Assembly: GCA_026413945.1 (NCBI GenBank)
Contig: JAOAJX010000001.1
Span: 32,001 to 96,000, forward strand
Direction of reading: 5' to 3'
Source of the DNA: Candidatus Iainarchaeum sp.
Lineage (GTDB): Archaea > Iainarchaeota > Iainarchaeia > Iainarchaeales > DTGL01
DNA length: 64,000 bases
In this document: positions 10,217 through 19,863 of the stretch, in pieces
How the letters are laid out: every line of letters starts with the position of its first letter
Numbering within the stretch: the first letter of the stretch is position 1
Translations under genes and position numbers: made by a program
The notes under the pieces: generated by a model
The model's input: the letters and a program-made list of their open reading frames with translations, nothing else
Told to the model about the DNA's origin: nothing
The model's database searches: none

Positions 10217-10768
10217 TTGATGAAAAAGCTTGGATATATTGCTAGTATCGATTTAATGCTTTCAACCATTTTATTGATGTTTGCGATTGGCTATGCTTAC
10301 AGGGTTGCTGAAGGAAACTTTTATTCACTCAAACAAGACGAGATTTATGAAGAGCTTAGGCTTTTTGGCAGCACTGCCGCTGAGCTGCTAATAAGCTCAC
10401 CAGAGACAACATGTAGATGTTCTGTCAGAACAGGAACAAACCCTGGAGATCCGCACTATGTAATGAATTGCATAGATACTTCAAAGCTAACAAACTTATC
10501 TTCAAATCCTGATGCTCTGAAAAGTGCTCTTAAGGTACCACCGTCTAGATTTGGGCTAAGGATAGAGATTTTTAAAAATAGAAATATTTTAGTTGGTAAT
10601 TACGGTGAGCCAATTCCAAATCCTGCGGAAGTAGCAAATATATACTCTGAGGGGAGAGCTGTAATAATAAATGCTGGTGATATCACAAAAGGCAAGCTAT
10701 TTGAATGTATATCTGGCAAAGAAATGTGTGAAAGACATGTTGCAAAAATAACAATCTGGAGGAAATGA
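10217..10768 (+). CDS. Type IV pilin-like protein
   Basis: MMKKLG|YIASIDLMLS then a hydrophobic stretch. Confidence 0.7.
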   Translation: MMKKLGYIASIDLMLSTILLMFAIGYAYRVAEGNFYSLKQDEIYEELRLFGSTAAELLISSPETTCRCSVRTGTNPGDPHYVMNCIDTSKLTNLSSNPDALKSALKVPPSRFGLRIEIFKNRNILVGNYGEPIPNPAEVANIYSEGRAVIINAGDITKGKLFECISGKEMCERHVAKITIWRK

Positions 10769-10769
10769 T

Positions 10770-11129
10770 ATGCGTCTTCCTACCCTTGGAAAATTTGAAT
10801 TTCGGATGAAGAAGCGTGGTTTTATATTTACACTCGATAGCATTGCCGCTGCTTGCATAATAACCCTTCTAGCAGTAACATGGTCAATCTCAGTTAAGTC
10901 AAAAGATAGTATGCCATATTTCACATATTTAGATAAAATAGCAATGGATGAGTCATTGGTAAACACATACACAGCAAATTTTGGTTATGATGACTTCACA
11001 CCAAATGACCAAAATGCAAACATAAGCTGCAAGAATTACTTTATTGTAAAAGAAAACAACAGACATAATGATAAGGATATCAATACTTATGTAAAATGTG
11101 TATATGATATTCTGGTGAGATTGCCATGA
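10770..11129 (+). CDS. Type IV pilin-like protein
   Basis: MKKRG|FIFTLDSIAA then a hydrophobic stretch; alternative start at 10806. Confidence 0.75.
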   Translation: MRLPTLGKFEFRMKKRGFIFTLDSIAAACIITLLAVTWSISVKSKDSMPYFTYLDKIAMDESLVNTYTANFGYDDFTPNDQNANISCKNYFIVKENNRHNDKDINTYVKCVYDILVRLP

Positions 11130-11713
11130 ACTGGAGGGGTGCAATATACTCAACAATGACCGCAGCAATTGTTATGGTTACAATTGCGCTGGTTATGCAT
11201 TCAAACATATCTGCAATCAATCAGGAATATTATGCAAGTTGCACAAATAATATTTCTGATCTTAAGCGAATATGGCAAAACACAAGATTGGTATTAGACA
11301 AAATATCTGGAGAAGCTCTTGCTGATTATGTAAAAGACCAGAATATTGTTAATTCTTCTTGCGATGCATCACTCATATCTCAGCCAAGCGCTCAATCAAA
11401 AGTGGAAGAGTACATGACAAGTGCATTAAACAGAATGATGGGTAAAATCAAAGGTGAAGTTGGCTGCAGGATACAAAACTTAAATTATAATCCAGCTGCT
11501 GGTGGCACACCACAGGCAGCTTCTGTGTCAATATCATTTACCTTAATTTGTGAACAAGTAGTAAAGAAAGGCAGTAGCAATGAGAATGCTTTTTATGTAA
11601 GTTATTCTAAGAATGTTAATTTTGATAAAAGGGTGGAAACAAAAGGCTCTGACTGTATTGTTGTAGCCTATGATTCGCAATCAAATACTATAGATGCAAA
11701 CACTTGGTATTAA
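11126..11713 (+). CDS. Type IV pilin-like protein
   Basis: MNWRG|AIYSTMTAAIVMV hydrophobic N-terminus; ATGA coupling to the upstream pilin. Confidence 0.6.
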   Translation: MNWRGAIYSTMTAAIVMVTIALVMHSNISAINQEYYASCTNNISDLKRIWQNTRLVLDKISGEALADYVKDQNIVNSSCDASLISQPSAQSKVEEYMTSALNRMMGKIKGEVGCRIQNLNYNPAAGGTPQAASVSISFTLICEQVVKKGSSNENAFYVSYSKNVNFDKRVETKGSDCIVVAYDSQSNTIDANTWY

Positions 11714-12524
11714 ATAATTGCTTAATCCTTTTTGATACGCCACTGCCATATTGAATAGCGTTTTTCCTTTCGTAACATATTTCATCGGGAAGACCTAGTT
11801 TCTTGGCGAGTTTTCTCAGCACATGCTTTCTTAAAAAATCGTTAGGCCCACATATGTTTTCCTTTGGTGGAAATGCCAGGGCAATGAAAACAAAGCTGCT
11901 TTCAAGAAAAGGAAAATGTAGAGAAAGCGAAAAGTTTTTTGCGATGGCTAAATCGCGTTTTATATCTAAATTGCAAACTTTCTGAAGTTTATCTAACCTT
12001 GCAGTTTCAAGACCATCATTACTTTTGCTTTGCAACATGCGTCTGAACTCATCATAACCGAAAAAAAGCTCATCTGCGCCTTGTCCTGAAAAGACGTGCT
12101 TTATATTGTGTTCTTTTATTCTCTCCATGCAAAAGTAAAATGGCACGGCTATTTGCAATTGCATTTTATTCTCTGAGGATATTATTTTTGCAATTTTTGG
12201 TAAAAGCAAATGCAATCTTTCTTCATCAATTATTACAGTGTTAAGACTAAGGTTTAGTAAAGATGCGGCCTTTGACGCTTTTTCGAAAACTTTCGCGTTT
12301 GGAAGACCTACGCAGTAGAGCTCAGTTCTTTTTACTTTTTTAGAGACAGCATACGCTATTAATGATGAATCTAAGCCCCCAGAGAAAAGTACCGCACACT
12401 TTTTTTTGTTAATTGCTTGTGATGAAATTGCTGAAAGAAACGCTAGTTGCAAATTTTCAATTGATGGCCTTTTTGATGCATTGGGCAGCTTAAATAGCAT
12501 ATTTGACTCAAAAAGCGCACACAT
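11688..12524 (-). CDS. Asparagine synthase C-terminal (ATP pyrophosphatase) domain protein
   Basis: FSGGLDSS, SGQGADELFFGY, PFL, K..LR, K.AIQYGSG; no N-terminal glutaminase domain. Confidence 0.82.
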   Translation of the reverse strand: MCALFESNMLFKLPNASKRPSIENLQLAFLSAISSQAINKKKCAVLFSGGLDSSLIAYAVSKKVKRTELYCVGLPNAKVFEKASKAASLLNLSLNTVIIDEERLHLLLPKIAKIISSENKMQLQIAVPFYFCMERIKEHNIKHVFSGQGADELFFGYDEFRRMLQSKSNDGLETARLDKLQKVCNLDIKRDLAIAKNFSLSLHFPFLESSFVFIALAFPPKENICGPNDFLRKHVLRKLAKKLGLPDEICYERKNAIQYGSGVSKRIKQLFNTKCLHL

Positions 12525-12628
12525 AATAAACTTTAAAAGCGTAAGGCATAAAACAAATGCATAATTTGCATTATACGGCCTTTTCCGAACAAAAACAAAT
12601 TATTTTAAATTAGTTTGATTTCAATAAT

Positions 12629-14194
12629 ATGTGTGATTTTATGAACGACCTAAAAAAGATTTTAATTTCAGTTGCTGTGATTGTTGTTTTGCTTTCTTTA
12701 GTTGTTGTAATTATGGTTTACCAAAAGCCAAATGAATTAGGTGAGATATCTGAAGAAAAGGTAGGTAATTTCTCAAATAATGATAGATTCGAAAAAATAA
12801 ACATTAAAGAATATTCTTCAGTTGTCAGTGCTGAGAAGCCTGCACAAATTATGCTAAAGTTTGCAGAATCTTCATCAAAAGAAAAAGAAGGAACTGAGCT
12901 CACTGTTTATAACCAAAACATGGCGCTGGTAAAAGAGATGAGGGCATTAAATCTTAAAAATGGGCTTAACCTTGTGCAGTATGAGGACATTGCAAGCCAG
13001 ATAAAGGCAGACACTGTACTTTTTACTGATCTTAGTGATCCTAATGCAATAGTAATTGAGCAAAACTACGAGTATGATTTGGTAAGTTTAGACAAAATAC
13101 TAAAGAAGTATCTTGGCAAAACTATAACAGTAACTGCGAAAGACGGAAATTCTTATACCGGGAAGCTGCTTAGCTATAGAGGCAGTGTAGTGCTTGAAAC
13201 AGAGGGAAAAATCATTTCCATATCGGAAGTATCCAGATATGAATTCCCTGAGCTACCAGAAGGCCTTCTTACGAAGCCAACGCTTGTCTGGAAGCTATAT
13301 ACGGAAAAGGAGGGCATCCACAATACTCAAACAAGCTACATAACAAATGGTGTTAATTGGTCCACAAGCTATGTTGCAAAGGTGAGCGCTGATGATAAAT
13401 TTGCAGACCTAACTGGTTGGGTAACTATTTACAATAACTCAGGAACGAGTTATCCAAATACAAGCTTAAAGTTGGTTGCTGGAGAGCTTAACATAGCACA
13501 GCAAGAGTATGTTGTAAAAAGGTATGAGTATGCCGAAACAAAACCCACGTCCGGCCCACAATTCACTGAAGAAGCATTTTTTGAGTATCATCTTTACACC
13601 CTCGATAGGAAAACTGACATAAAGGACAATGAGACAAAGCAAATAAACCTATTAGAAGCGGAAAAAATAGCTTTGAAAAAGGAATACATTTTTGATGAGC
13701 AGCAAGATTACTATTATTATAGCAGCTATTACAACACTTCAAAAGGAAAGGTTAAAACGATGGTCTCATTTGAGAACTCAAAGTCAAACAATATTGGCAT
13801 GCCGTTGCCGAAAGGCATAGTGAGGGTTTACAAAGAGGATTCACAAGGAAAACTTCAGTTCGTAGGTGAAGACTCAATATACCATACACCGAAAGATGAA
13901 AAGGTCAGGTTGTTTTTAGGTTATGCTTTTGACATAGTTGCTGAAAAGAAAGTTTTGGAAACTACAAATGTCGGCGATCGCTGCACTAGAAAATCTTATG
14001 AAGTTAGCATAAGAAATCGTAAAGATGAGGACATAATAGTAACATCGATACAAAAAAATTACTACGCTAGCAATGATTTGCTAACCTCAAGCCACAAAGG
14101 CAACAAAAAGGATGCATATACCTATGAGTTTGATGTCCCAGTTAAAGCCAACAGCGAGACAAAGCTTACATACACGATCATGAGCTGCTGGTAA
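12629..14194 (+). CDS. DUF4139-domain membrane-anchored protein
   Basis: N-terminal TM helix; ELTVYNQNMALVKE, EQNYEYDL, LVAGELN, FEYHLYTL, GMPLPKGIVRVY. Confidence 0.8.
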   Translation: MCDFMNDLKKILISVAVIVVLLSLVVVIMVYQKPNELGEISEEKVGNFSNNDRFEKINIKEYSSVVSAEKPAQIMLKFAESSSKEKEGTELTVYNQNMALVKEMRALNLKNGLNLVQYEDIASQIKADTVLFTDLSDPNAIVIEQNYEYDLVSLDKILKKYLGKTITVTAKDGNSYTGKLLSYRGSVVLETEGKIISISEVSRYEFPELPEGLLTKPTLVWKLYTEKEGIHNTQTSYITNGVNWSTSYVAKVSADDKFADLTGWVTIYNNSGTSYPNTSLKLVAGELNIAQQEYVVKRYEYAETKPTSGPQFTEEAFFEYHLYTLDRKTDIKDNETKQINLLEAEKIALKKEYIFDEQQDYYYYSSYYNTSKGKVKTMVSFENSKSNNIGMPLPKGIVRVYKEDSQGKLQFVGEDSIYHTPKDEKVRLFLGYAFDIVAEKKVLETTNVGDRCTRKSYEVSIRNRKDEDIIVTSIQKNYYASNDLLTSSHKGNKKDAYTYEFDVPVKANSETKLTYTIMSCW

Positions 14195-15979
14195 TTATAA
14201 GTAATAGTATTTGCCAGCTTTTTTTTGTTCACGGTCTTTTACAGAGTTGGGCTTATTTGCACGGGGCCTTAATGTTTGTGCGTCTCGCCTGAAAGTAACG
14301 CCAAAATTCTTGAGGAAAAGATTCATAGCTTCTTCTTTTGCTTTTGGCTCTAGCGCCAAGCCAAAACGGGCAGGTTCGCCTTCAAAAACTATAAATCTAT
14401 CACACAAGCAATCCTGAAAGAGCAAATCATGGTCAACCACAATGCAGGCTTTATTTTTCTTTTCAATAACTGACTTTATAAAGGCAGCAGCATTAAGGCG
14501 CTCTTCAACATCTAAGAAAGCGGATGGTTCGTCAAGTAGAAATAGATCTGCATCTTTGCACATAGCTGTTGCAACAAGAACTTTCTGTAATTCGCCGCCG
14601 CTTAGTTCAGTCATTTTGTTTTCATAAAGCTCTTTTAGGCTTAGCCTTTTTTCTGCTTCCGAGCTAAAAAGCTGCATATCTGTTACATTGCGCATTACAT
14701 ACTCTAGGACTGTTTCATCTTTCTCGGCCTTTATGTACTGTTGCTTATAAGAAAGCTTAAGTCCGGATGAAAAGACTCCGTTGTTGTGCTCAATGCTGCC
14801 AGCTATGACGTTAACGAAAGTTGTTTTGCCAATTGCGTTGGGCCCTAGAATGCCAACAACTTCACATTCCATTATTGAGCCGCCTTTTGCCTGAAGCTTA
14901 AATTTACTATATGATTTCTCAAATGATGGGTAATTAAAATATTCCTTGCACTTTTTCTCGAAAGCAGCTACTTTAGAAAAGCTTAGTTCTTTGTCGCGAA
15001 AAACAATATTCTCTGCCTTTAGGTGGCCTTCGAGGTACTGGTTTATGCCATTTAGCACACTCATCCTAGAACTTACAACGCCATAGGCACCTTTAACTCC
15101 AAAAAGAACGTGCACAAAGTCGCTAAGATAATCTAGAACTGCAAGATCATGCTCCACAACCAAAACATACTTTCCTTTTTCTGCAAGGCCTCTTATTGCT
15201 CTGGCCACGGCAAGTCTTTCCTTAACATCAAGATAGGATGCTGGCTCATCGAAGAAGTAAAAGTCAGCATCTTTAAGCATAGTTGCCGCAATTGAAACCA
15301 TTTGAAGTTCGCCGCCGCTGATTTCAGAGACTTTGCTTTGCAATATTTTTTTGAGATCGAAAACTGAAGTGATTTGTTTAAGATTATTTTTCTCATCAAA
15401 GTGTTTCAGCAAATCTTCAACTTTGCCATTAAAGGATTCCCGCACCTTATTTATGTCCTGCGGCTTAAAAGATGCCTTGATGCCTTCTTTAGAAAGTCTT
15501 TCGAAGTATGCTTGAAGCTCATTGCCTTTGAAAATTTCTATCAAAAAGTTATAACCTTGCTTTTCGTTATCTTCTGTTTTCGGAATAAGTTTTCCAGAGA
15601 GTACTTTCAAAGCGGTTGATTTACCTATGCCATTACTGCCAATAAGACCCACAACCGCGCCTTTTACAGGAATTGGTAAACCATATAGCTTAAATCTGTT
15701 CTTGCCATAACTATGAACTGGGACATCAACTTTTGCAGTAAGGTTTACAATTCTTATTGCATTGAAAGGGCATTTGTGCGTACAAATGCCACAGCCTGTG
15801 CAAAGCATCTCAGATATCTCGGCAGTTTTTCCTGGGATCGTAATGCACTGCTTACCTGAACGGTTTATAGGACAAACCTTGGCACACAGAGAGCCACATT
15901 TTTCAGGATAGCATTTTTTTTCATCTATAATGGCAATTCTTATACGACCTTCTTTGCTCATAACAGAACATTGCATCAA
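14195..15979 (-). CDS. rli: Ribosome recycling ATPase ABCE1/RLI
   Basis: N-terminal FeS cysteines (CYPEKC..C...CP; CTGCGICTHKCP) and two ABC domains (GSNGIGKST, GPNAIGKTT). Confidence 0.95.
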   Translation of the reverse strand: MMQCSVMSKEGRIRIAIIDEKKCYPEKCGSLCAKVCPINRSGKQCITIPGKTAEISEMLCTGCGICTHKCPFNAIRIVNLTAKVDVPVHSYGKNRFKLYGLPIPVKGAVVGLIGSNGIGKSTALKVLSGKLIPKTEDNEKQGYNFLIEIFKGNELQAYFERLSKEGIKASFKPQDINKVRESFNGKVEDLLKHFDEKNNLKQITSVFDLKKILQSKVSEISGGELQMVSIAATMLKDADFYFFDEPASYLDVKERLAVARAIRGLAEKGKYVLVVEHDLAVLDYLSDFVHVLFGVKGAYGVVSSRMSVLNGINQYLEGHLKAENIVFRDKELSFSKVAAFEKKCKEYFNYPSFEKSYSKFKLQAKGGSIMECEVVGILGPNAIGKTTFVNVIAGSIEHNNGVFSSGLKLSYKQQYIKAEKDETVLEYVMRNVTDMQLFSSEAEKRLSLKELYENKMTELSGGELQKVLVATAMCKDADLFLLDEPSAFLDVEERLNAAAFIKSVIEKKNKACIVVDHDLLFQDCLCDRFIVFEGEPARFGLALEPKAKEEAMNLFLKNFGVTFRRDAQTLRPRANKPNSVKDREQKKAGKYYYL

Positions 15980-16059
15980 ACTGTTAAAAATCTTATAGCA
16001 TATTTTGGAGAATTTGTTTTTAGTAATATTTTAAATAAGGTTTTAGATTAGCACTATTT

Positions 16060-17088
16060 ATGAGGATATTAAAGATTGATGAGAAGCATGGTATAATTTC
16101 AGTAATTCCCGAAAATGAGGATGATCTTTGGCATCTAAGCAAAGTGATTGAGCCGGGAGACAGGGTTATTGGGTTAACATCTAGGAAAGAGAAGGGAAAA
16201 GAAGGCACTTCTGCTATTAGAAGGGTTTTTCAAGCAGAAATTGAATCAGTTGACGTTTCTTTTGACAGCTTTTCCAAAGCACTTCGCATAAATGGAAAGA
16301 TTTGTGGTGGAAACCTTGATGTTTTGCCACTTGGCTCAATGCAAGTAATAGAAATTACTCCAAACGAAAAATACAAAATAATAAAAAAAGCAATTAGAAA
16401 GCATCACAGAGAGAGGATTGAAAGGGCTGCTAAAAGTCATAGGGAAGAAATAACAATTATAGTAATGGACGATGAAGATGCGACAATCTCATCTTTTAAG
16501 GATTTCAAATGTGATATAAAAGCAGAAATTCATTCTAACAAAGCTGGTAAGCGCTACACATCCGTGGATAGTATGAAAGAATATTTTGGAAATATATTGA
16601 AGAAAGTAACAGACATGGGAGCTAAGATAATAGTAATAGCTGGGCCGAGCTTTGTTAAGGACGATTTTGCCTCATTTCTACATGAGAGGGGTTTTTCTAA
16701 TAAAGTATATATTCAGGGCACGAGCACTACCGGCATAACAGGCACAAATGAGGTAATAAAAAGCAAGGCATTTGAAAATATAGCAAGAGACTCCCAGCTT
16801 GCTGAAGAAGCACGACTTATAGAGAAGCTGCTTGAGGAAGTCGCTAAGGGTAAGCTTGCTACTTATGGCTTTGAGCAAGTGAAGAGAGCATTAGAGCACG
16901 GGGCAGCGGAAAGAGTTTTTGTTCTAGATAAGCTTCTTGAAGAAAGGAAGAATGAAATATATGAGATGATGGAATTGGCTGAAAAAATAGGTGCAAGATT
17001 GCATATTTTTAACTCAGAATACGAGCCTGGAAAAAAGCTTGAGGGCTTGGGTGGCTTGGCAGCAATATTAAGATACTCAATTTCTTAA
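16060..17088 (+). CDS. pelA: mRNA surveillance protein pelota
   Basis: PENEDDLWHLSKVIEPGD, IAGP, YG..V..A...GA, LGGLAAILRY. Confidence 0.93.
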   Translation: MRILKIDEKHGIISVIPENEDDLWHLSKVIEPGDRVIGLTSRKEKGKEGTSAIRRVFQAEIESVDVSFDSFSKALRINGKICGGNLDVLPLGSMQVIEITPNEKYKIIKKAIRKHHRERIERAAKSHREEITIIVMDDEDATISSFKDFKCDIKAEIHSNKAGKRYTSVDSMKEYFGNILKKVTDMGAKIIVIAGPSFVKDDFASFLHERGFSNKVYIQGTSTTGITGTNEVIKSKAFENIARDSQLAEEARLIEKLLEEVAKGKLATYGFEQVKRALEHGAAERVFVLDKLLEERKNEIYEMMELAEKIGARLHIFNSEYEPGKKLEGLGGLAAILRYSIS

Positions 17089-17095
17089 ATCTATT

Positions 17096-17455
17096 TTACT
17101 TTGCATTGACTTCGCACCACTCAATTTTTTTATCTTGAACGAGCTTTTTTATTTTTCTTTCTTTATCGCTAAGTTTTGAGTCTGCAAACTTAAACTCGCA
17201 AAAGTATATACGATCTTCGCAGAAGGCAATACCATCGATGGGGGACCCTAAAAACCTAAAGTTTGCTGGATCAAAAGGGAATTCCTTACTAAATGGTAGC
17301 CATTGCTCTGCTATTAAGCCATAACGTACACTCTGTGACCTTTTGTCATAGCTTAATTCTGCTAACTTTTCTTCCAGTTGCTCATTACGTATGTAGAGAA
17401 TGATTGCAATTAAAGAAACCAAAATTAGAAGAAAAATTATAATAAATTCAATCAT
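17096..17455 (-). CDS. Membrane-anchored Holliday-junction-resolvase-like endonuclease
   Basis: N-terminal TM helix; SQSVRYG..AEQWLPF, FRFLGSPIDGIAF, FCEFK (PD-(D/E)XK). Confidence 0.8.
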   Translation of the reverse strand: MIEFIIIFLLILVSLIAIILYIRNEQLEEKLAELSYDKRSQSVRYGLIAEQWLPFSKEFPFDPANFRFLGSPIDGIAFCEDRIYFCEFKFADSKLSDKERKIKKLVQDKKIEWCEVNAK

Positions 17456-17489
17456 AAATTAATTATTGCTGTTATTCTTAAAAAAATAA

Positions 17490-17837
17490 TCAGTATTCCT
17501 TAAGCCCATCTCTAGTTAGTACTACTATCTTAAAACTTTTACCTGCTTCCTTAATGGCTGAGAGAAGTGCAGAATGCTCTCTTCCAGTTCCAGAGATAAG
17601 GGATATGCAAAGCTCATCTTCCGGTAATCTGTCCTTTATTTGCTCTTTCAGTGACTCAAATCCGCTTCTCGGGTTTATGAGTATCCAATCGCATTGCTTT
17701 TGTGGTTTAAAATTTTCCTTTGCGAAATCGGTACCTATTAGAACAATTTTGTCCCAATCGCTCTCTTGTATTATGCGTCCGACATGACCCCAAGTACCTT
17801 TTCCCATACCAAGGGTTGCAACAAAAACTTTACCCAT
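17490..17837 (-). CDS. Small Rossmann-like hypothetical protein (possibly CARF-like)
   Basis: 115 aa; VATLGMGKGTW...KIVLI...CISLISGTGREH. Confidence 0.6.
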   Translation of the reverse strand: MGKVFVATLGMGKGTWGHVGRIIQESDWDKIVLIGTDFAKENFKPQKQCDWILINPRSGFESLKEQIKDRLPEDELCISLISGTGREHSALLSAIKEAGKSFKIVVLTRDGLKEY

Positions 17838-17880
17838 AGTAAAAGGTTCGCATGCAAATTCTTTAAAAGGGTTGTGATGG

Positions 17881-18261
17881 CTAAACCTTTAGCTCTTTAA
17901 GGCCTCCACGAAGTATTGCTAACCTAGTTTTATCATAGAGTTCAATGAATCTTTTGCCGAGATCTGTAAGATAATAAAAATCCTTATTTGTTGCCTTAAA
18001 CCTGCTTACAAGCCCTATTTTCTCAAGAAGTGCCAAAATTTCGAGTAGATCTTCCCTTTCAATGTAGGGAAAAACAGAGCCAAGCATTATTAGGTCTTTT
18101 GCATTCTTTAAGTATCGCAGTATTTGTATGAAAAGAGTGGAATGCAATATTGGAAACAAAACAGGATATTTCTCAATAAAATGCATTAGCTCTCTATATG
18201 AGTTCTCAACCGAATCACTTTGAACACTGCTGGAATTAGCTTCATTTTGCATAAATAGCAA
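17881..18261 (-). CDS. Winged-helix domain protein
   Basis: LEKIGLV...YYLTDLGKRF wing signature. Confidence 0.65.
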   Translation of the reverse strand: MLFMQNEANSSSVQSDSVENSYRELMHFIEKYPVLFPILHSTLFIQILRYLKNAKDLIMLGSVFPYIEREDLLEILALLEKIGLVSRFKATNKDFYYLTDLGKRFIELYDKTRLAILRGGLKELKV

Positions 18262-18273
18262 TACATACTTGAA

Positions 18274-19863
18274 CTATAAAAGTCTTTTGTAAAGGTATGG
18301 GCCATTGTTTTTATAGCCGAATTTTTTTCGGTAGTACTCTTTAACTCCCAAGCCGGAAATAACAAAAATATTTTTTCTTTCAAAATCCTCTTTAGTTATA
18401 CGCTCTGCTTCCATCACTAGTTTTGTGCCAAGGCCTTGGTGCTGTATTTCGCCGCTTATTTTTTCACCCAAGAGCAGTGGCTCACCAAGTACGCGGAGTT
18501 CCCTTATTATCGATGCTTTATCGGCTATCTCACGCCTATAGGACCTTTCAGGAATTCTAAGGCGACAATATGCATAAAGCATTTCTCTTTTTTTATCTTC
18601 AAAAGAGAGAAAAATTTCATTGCCGTTGCTTGCATAATATTCATCCCTGAAAAGTTTGGTGGCCTCTAGCGAAAGCTCTTTTCCTTGAGAAAGTTGTTTT
18701 AACTTTGCCTCTCTGCATCGTATGCATCTGCAATATAATCCTTTTTTTGCCATTTCAGCTTGTACTATCTGCCTAAGATTGCTCTTCTTTACGCCAGCCT
18801 CTATTATTTGTGCCGGTATGTCACGCTGTACTCGCATTATCCTCACCCAGTATGGCACATATCTTTTCATCTTCACTATAAGCTTTGTAGCTTTTTCAGT
18901 GTCGAGAGGAAGGTATTCACCTTTTGCATACATTTTGCTGAGCTCAGTGCCTTTTATTACAAGGCATGGATAAAGTTTGATGTTGTCAGGCATGAATTCT
19001 TCACATGAAAAAAGCCTTTTGAAATTATAAAGATCGATTTTTGGCGTTGTATATGGCAGACCTGGCATAATGTGGTAGCACACTTTTAGTCCGGCGTCTT
19101 TGAGGATGTGAGTTGCGTTAGTTACATCTTTGACTGTGTGTCCCCTTTTTATTTTGGAATATATTTCATCATCAACAATCTGTACACCGAGTTCACATCT
19201 CGTTCCGCCAAAATTAAGCATCCTATTTACATGAACTTTTTTGCAATAATCTGGCCTCGTCTCAAAGGTTATTCCAATTATTCTGCGACTTGATTTCTCA
19301 GCCATTTTTTTTGCGTCTTCCAAGGATTTTGATTTTTTACCTATTACACCATCTATTGCACCCTTTACAAAAAGTTTCTGGTATTCTATGGGTGTAGAAA
19401 GAAAAGTACCGCCCATTATTATTAGCTCAATCTTTGACGCATTATGGCCAGTCTCTACAAGTTGCTTTATCCGATCTTCAACTTGTTTTTTTGGATCAAA
19501 TTTTGCCTGCAGCGCACGCATAGTTGCTGGCTCTCTCCCTGTATAGCTTTTTGGGGTTTCTTCAAAGATTTGGCTGCTAGGGCAATATATGCAATTACCT
19601 GGGCACTTATGTGGTCTTGCCATTATTGCTATCACATTTATTCCTGATGATGATCTGATTGGTTTTTTCGTAAGAATTGATGCAATTTTTTCGCTTTTAT
19701 TAGATTTATAACGCATTATTGTTGGATTTGTAGGTATTCTATCAAGACAGTATTTTTTCGCAAGTTCGATCTTTGCTTTATTAAGCTGTGCCTTGCTCTT
19801 CAAAGAGCCCTTCTCAATGAGCTCAATTATTTCTTTGCAATATTTCTCTTCGCTTTTGTTCAT
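18274..19863 (-). CDS. elp3: tRNA uridine(34) acetyltransferase Elp3 (radical SAM + KAT)
   Basis: CPGNCIYC, PKSYTGREPA, GGTF, ETRPDYC, RVQRDIP, QHQGLG, ISGLGVKEYY. Confidence 0.95.
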   Translation of the reverse strand: MNKSEEKYCKEIIELIEKGSLKSKAQLNKAKIELAKKYCLDRIPTNPTIMRYKSNKSEKIASILTKKPIRSSSGINVIAIMARPHKCPGNCIYCPSSQIFEETPKSYTGREPATMRALQAKFDPKKQVEDRIKQLVETGHNASKIELIIMGGTFLSTPIEYQKLFVKGAIDGVIGKKSKSLEDAKKMAEKSSRRIIGITFETRPDYCKKVHVNRMLNFGGTRCELGVQIVDDEIYSKIKRGHTVKDVTNATHILKDAGLKVCYHIMPGLPYTTPKIDLYNFKRLFSCEEFMPDNIKLYPCLVIKGTELSKMYAKGEYLPLDTEKATKLIVKMKRYVPYWVRIMRVQRDIPAQIIEAGVKKSNLRQIVQAEMAKKGLYCRCIRCREAKLKQLSQGKELSLEATKLFRDEYYASNGNEIFLSFEDKKREMLYAYCRLRIPERSYRREIADKASIIRELRVLGEPLLLGEKISGEIQHQGLGTKLVMEAERITKEDFERKNIFVISGLGVKEYYRKKFGYKNNGPYLYKRLL

